8,443 bases of DNA from Naegleria gruberi. Taxonomy: Eukaryota. Both the position numbers and the translations under genes were made by a program. Position 1 is the stretch's first letter; every line of letters starts with the position of its first letter. The DNA lies in assembly GCA_000004985.1 (NCBI GenBank), contig GG739070.1. One strand, written 5' to 3'. The notes below the pieces were generated by a model. That model was not told where the DNA came from. It ran no database searches and was given only the letters and a program-made list of their open reading frames with translations. Of this stretch, positions 8,075-8,443 are shown one piece after another.

Positions 8075-8090
8075 TACCTTAGTACCTTAG
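8075..8090 (+). repeat. Tandem duplication of the 8-mer TACCTTAG (x2), ~50 bp upstream of the tRNA.
   Basis: Read directly: taccttag taccttag. Confidence 0.5.
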
Positions 8091-8136
8091 ATCATGGATG
8101 TGGTTATGAACAATATTTTTAAGAAGTTAATAAGAA

Positions 8137-8208
8137 TCCCGTGTGGTCCAATGGCTAAGATACCTGGCTCTCACCCAGGAGATCCGGGTTCAATTCCCGG
8201 CACGGGAG
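8137..8208 (+). tRNA. tE(CUC): tRNA-Glu, anticodon CUC, 72 nt, no intron. The 3' CCA is not encoded.
   Basis: I folded it manually. The acceptor stem TCCCGTG/CACGGGA has 7 bp and the discriminator is G. The D-arm GTCC-AATGGCTA-AGAT follows the same G-U/T-A/C-G pattern as canonical eukaryotic tRNA-Glu, and the A box is TGGTCCAATGG. The anticodon stem CCTGG/CCAGG has 5 bp, with loop C-T-CTC-A-C (U33, anticodon CTC, A37). The variable loop is 5 nt. The T-arm is CCGGG-TTCAATT-CCCGG with B box GGTTCAATTCC. Confidence 0.9.
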
Positions 8209-8214
8209 GATTCA

Positions 8215-8228
8215 TTTTAGTTTTATTT
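8215..8228 (+). terminator. RNA polymerase III terminator T-runs, 7 nt after the tRNA 3' end (TTTTAGTTTTATTT).
   Basis: Two T4 runs sit at 8215-8218 and 8221-8224, immediately downstream of the discriminator base. Pol III terminates in oligo-T on the coding strand. Confidence 0.5.
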
Positions 8229-8233
8229 CACTT

Positions 8234-8434
8234 TTACAAGAATGATAAAATCTCCTCTGGATCAATACCAAAGTTTGCCACTGTAGAAAAGAGATCATTC
8301 TCATTGGGAATCACCTTTTCGCTCTCTTCTTTTGCATGGCTCAATCGATTGTGCAAATAACTCACTTGTGGTCTATCATTGAACAGCATGACTTGTCCAC
8401 ATAAACTCAAAGCAGAGGCATAACTCTTTTCCAT
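8234..8434 (-). CDS. Small hypothetical protein (66 aa as drawn), or the C-terminal part of a larger gene whose 5' end lies beyond the right window edge.
   Basis: The ATG is at 8434..8432 in context aaaatcATG and the stop TAA at 8236..8234. It translates MEKSYASALSLCGQVMLFNDRPQVSYLHNRLSHAKEESEKVIPNENDLFSTVANFGIDPEEILSFL, which is hydrophilic and protein-like. The frame stays open upstream to the window end (..AKI-M), so the true start may be outside. No family recognised. See the finding on a possible internal intron. Confidence 0.4.
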   Translation of the reverse strand: MEKSYASALSLCGQVMLFNDRPQVSYLHNRLSHAKEESEKVIPNENDLFSTVANFGIDPEEILSFL

Positions 8435-8443
8435 GATTTTTGC

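Noticed and set aside
8094-8360. 88-aa plus-strand ORF MDVVMNNIFKKLIRIPCGPMAKIPGSHPGDPGSIPGTGG...
   Set aside because: It is the tRNA-Glu gene read as protein. GSIPG is the classic translation of the T-arm GGTTCAATTCCCGG. The rest is antisense to the 8234..8434 ORF.
1-8443. The idea that the window holds a prokaryotic defence, mobile or biosynthetic island, as the task framing suggests.
   Set aside because: Every line of evidence is eukaryotic: GT-AG introns with branch-like CTRAY motifs, a Pol III tRNA with a downstream oligo-T terminator, poly-Asn/Ser low complexity, and A-rich Kozak-like contexts. The bacterial-looking GST carries an intron. Nothing in the readable 3.5 kb forms a multi-gene system, and the rest is N.

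Overview
This is eukaryotic nuclear DNA, not a prokaryotic accessory island. It is very AT-rich and carries short GT...AG spliceosomal introns (128 and 83 nt), a Pol III tRNA gene with internal A/B boxes, N/S/Q-rich low-complexity protein segments and A-rich start contexts. The gene content and the GTATGT donor point to an AT-rich fungus, though an amoebozoan cannot be excluded from sequence alone.

A single run of N (2111..6990, 4880 nt) masks 58% of the window. The three giant ORFs in the track that cross it are artefacts.

Five genes can be supported:
1. A minus-strand gene of unknown function whose N-terminus lies at the left window edge (1..332).
2. A plus-strand two-exon gene (1368..2110, 3' end lost in the gap) for a Nu-class/Ure2p-type glutathione S-transferase. 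Its N-terminus closely resembles E. coli YfcG.
3. A minus-strand two-exon gene (7948..6991, 3' end lost in the gap). It encodes a long Ser/Asn-rich disordered region followed by a KCTD/T1-type BTB domain. That domain is only complete if an 83-nt intron is spliced out, so the ORF-track end 'FRYM*' is wrong.
4. A tRNA-Glu(CUC) at 8137..8208, plus strand.
5. A small or partial minus-strand ORF at 8234..8434 whose stop codon lies 26 bp from the tRNA.

I could support no multi-gene 'system' of any kind (defence, mobile or biosynthetic) from the ~3.5 kb of real sequence. The most useful observations are a missed intron that rescues a BTB domain, a bacterial-looking GST carrying a eukaryotic intron, a duplicated GC-rich E2F-like motif beside the BTB gene start, and the assembly gap.
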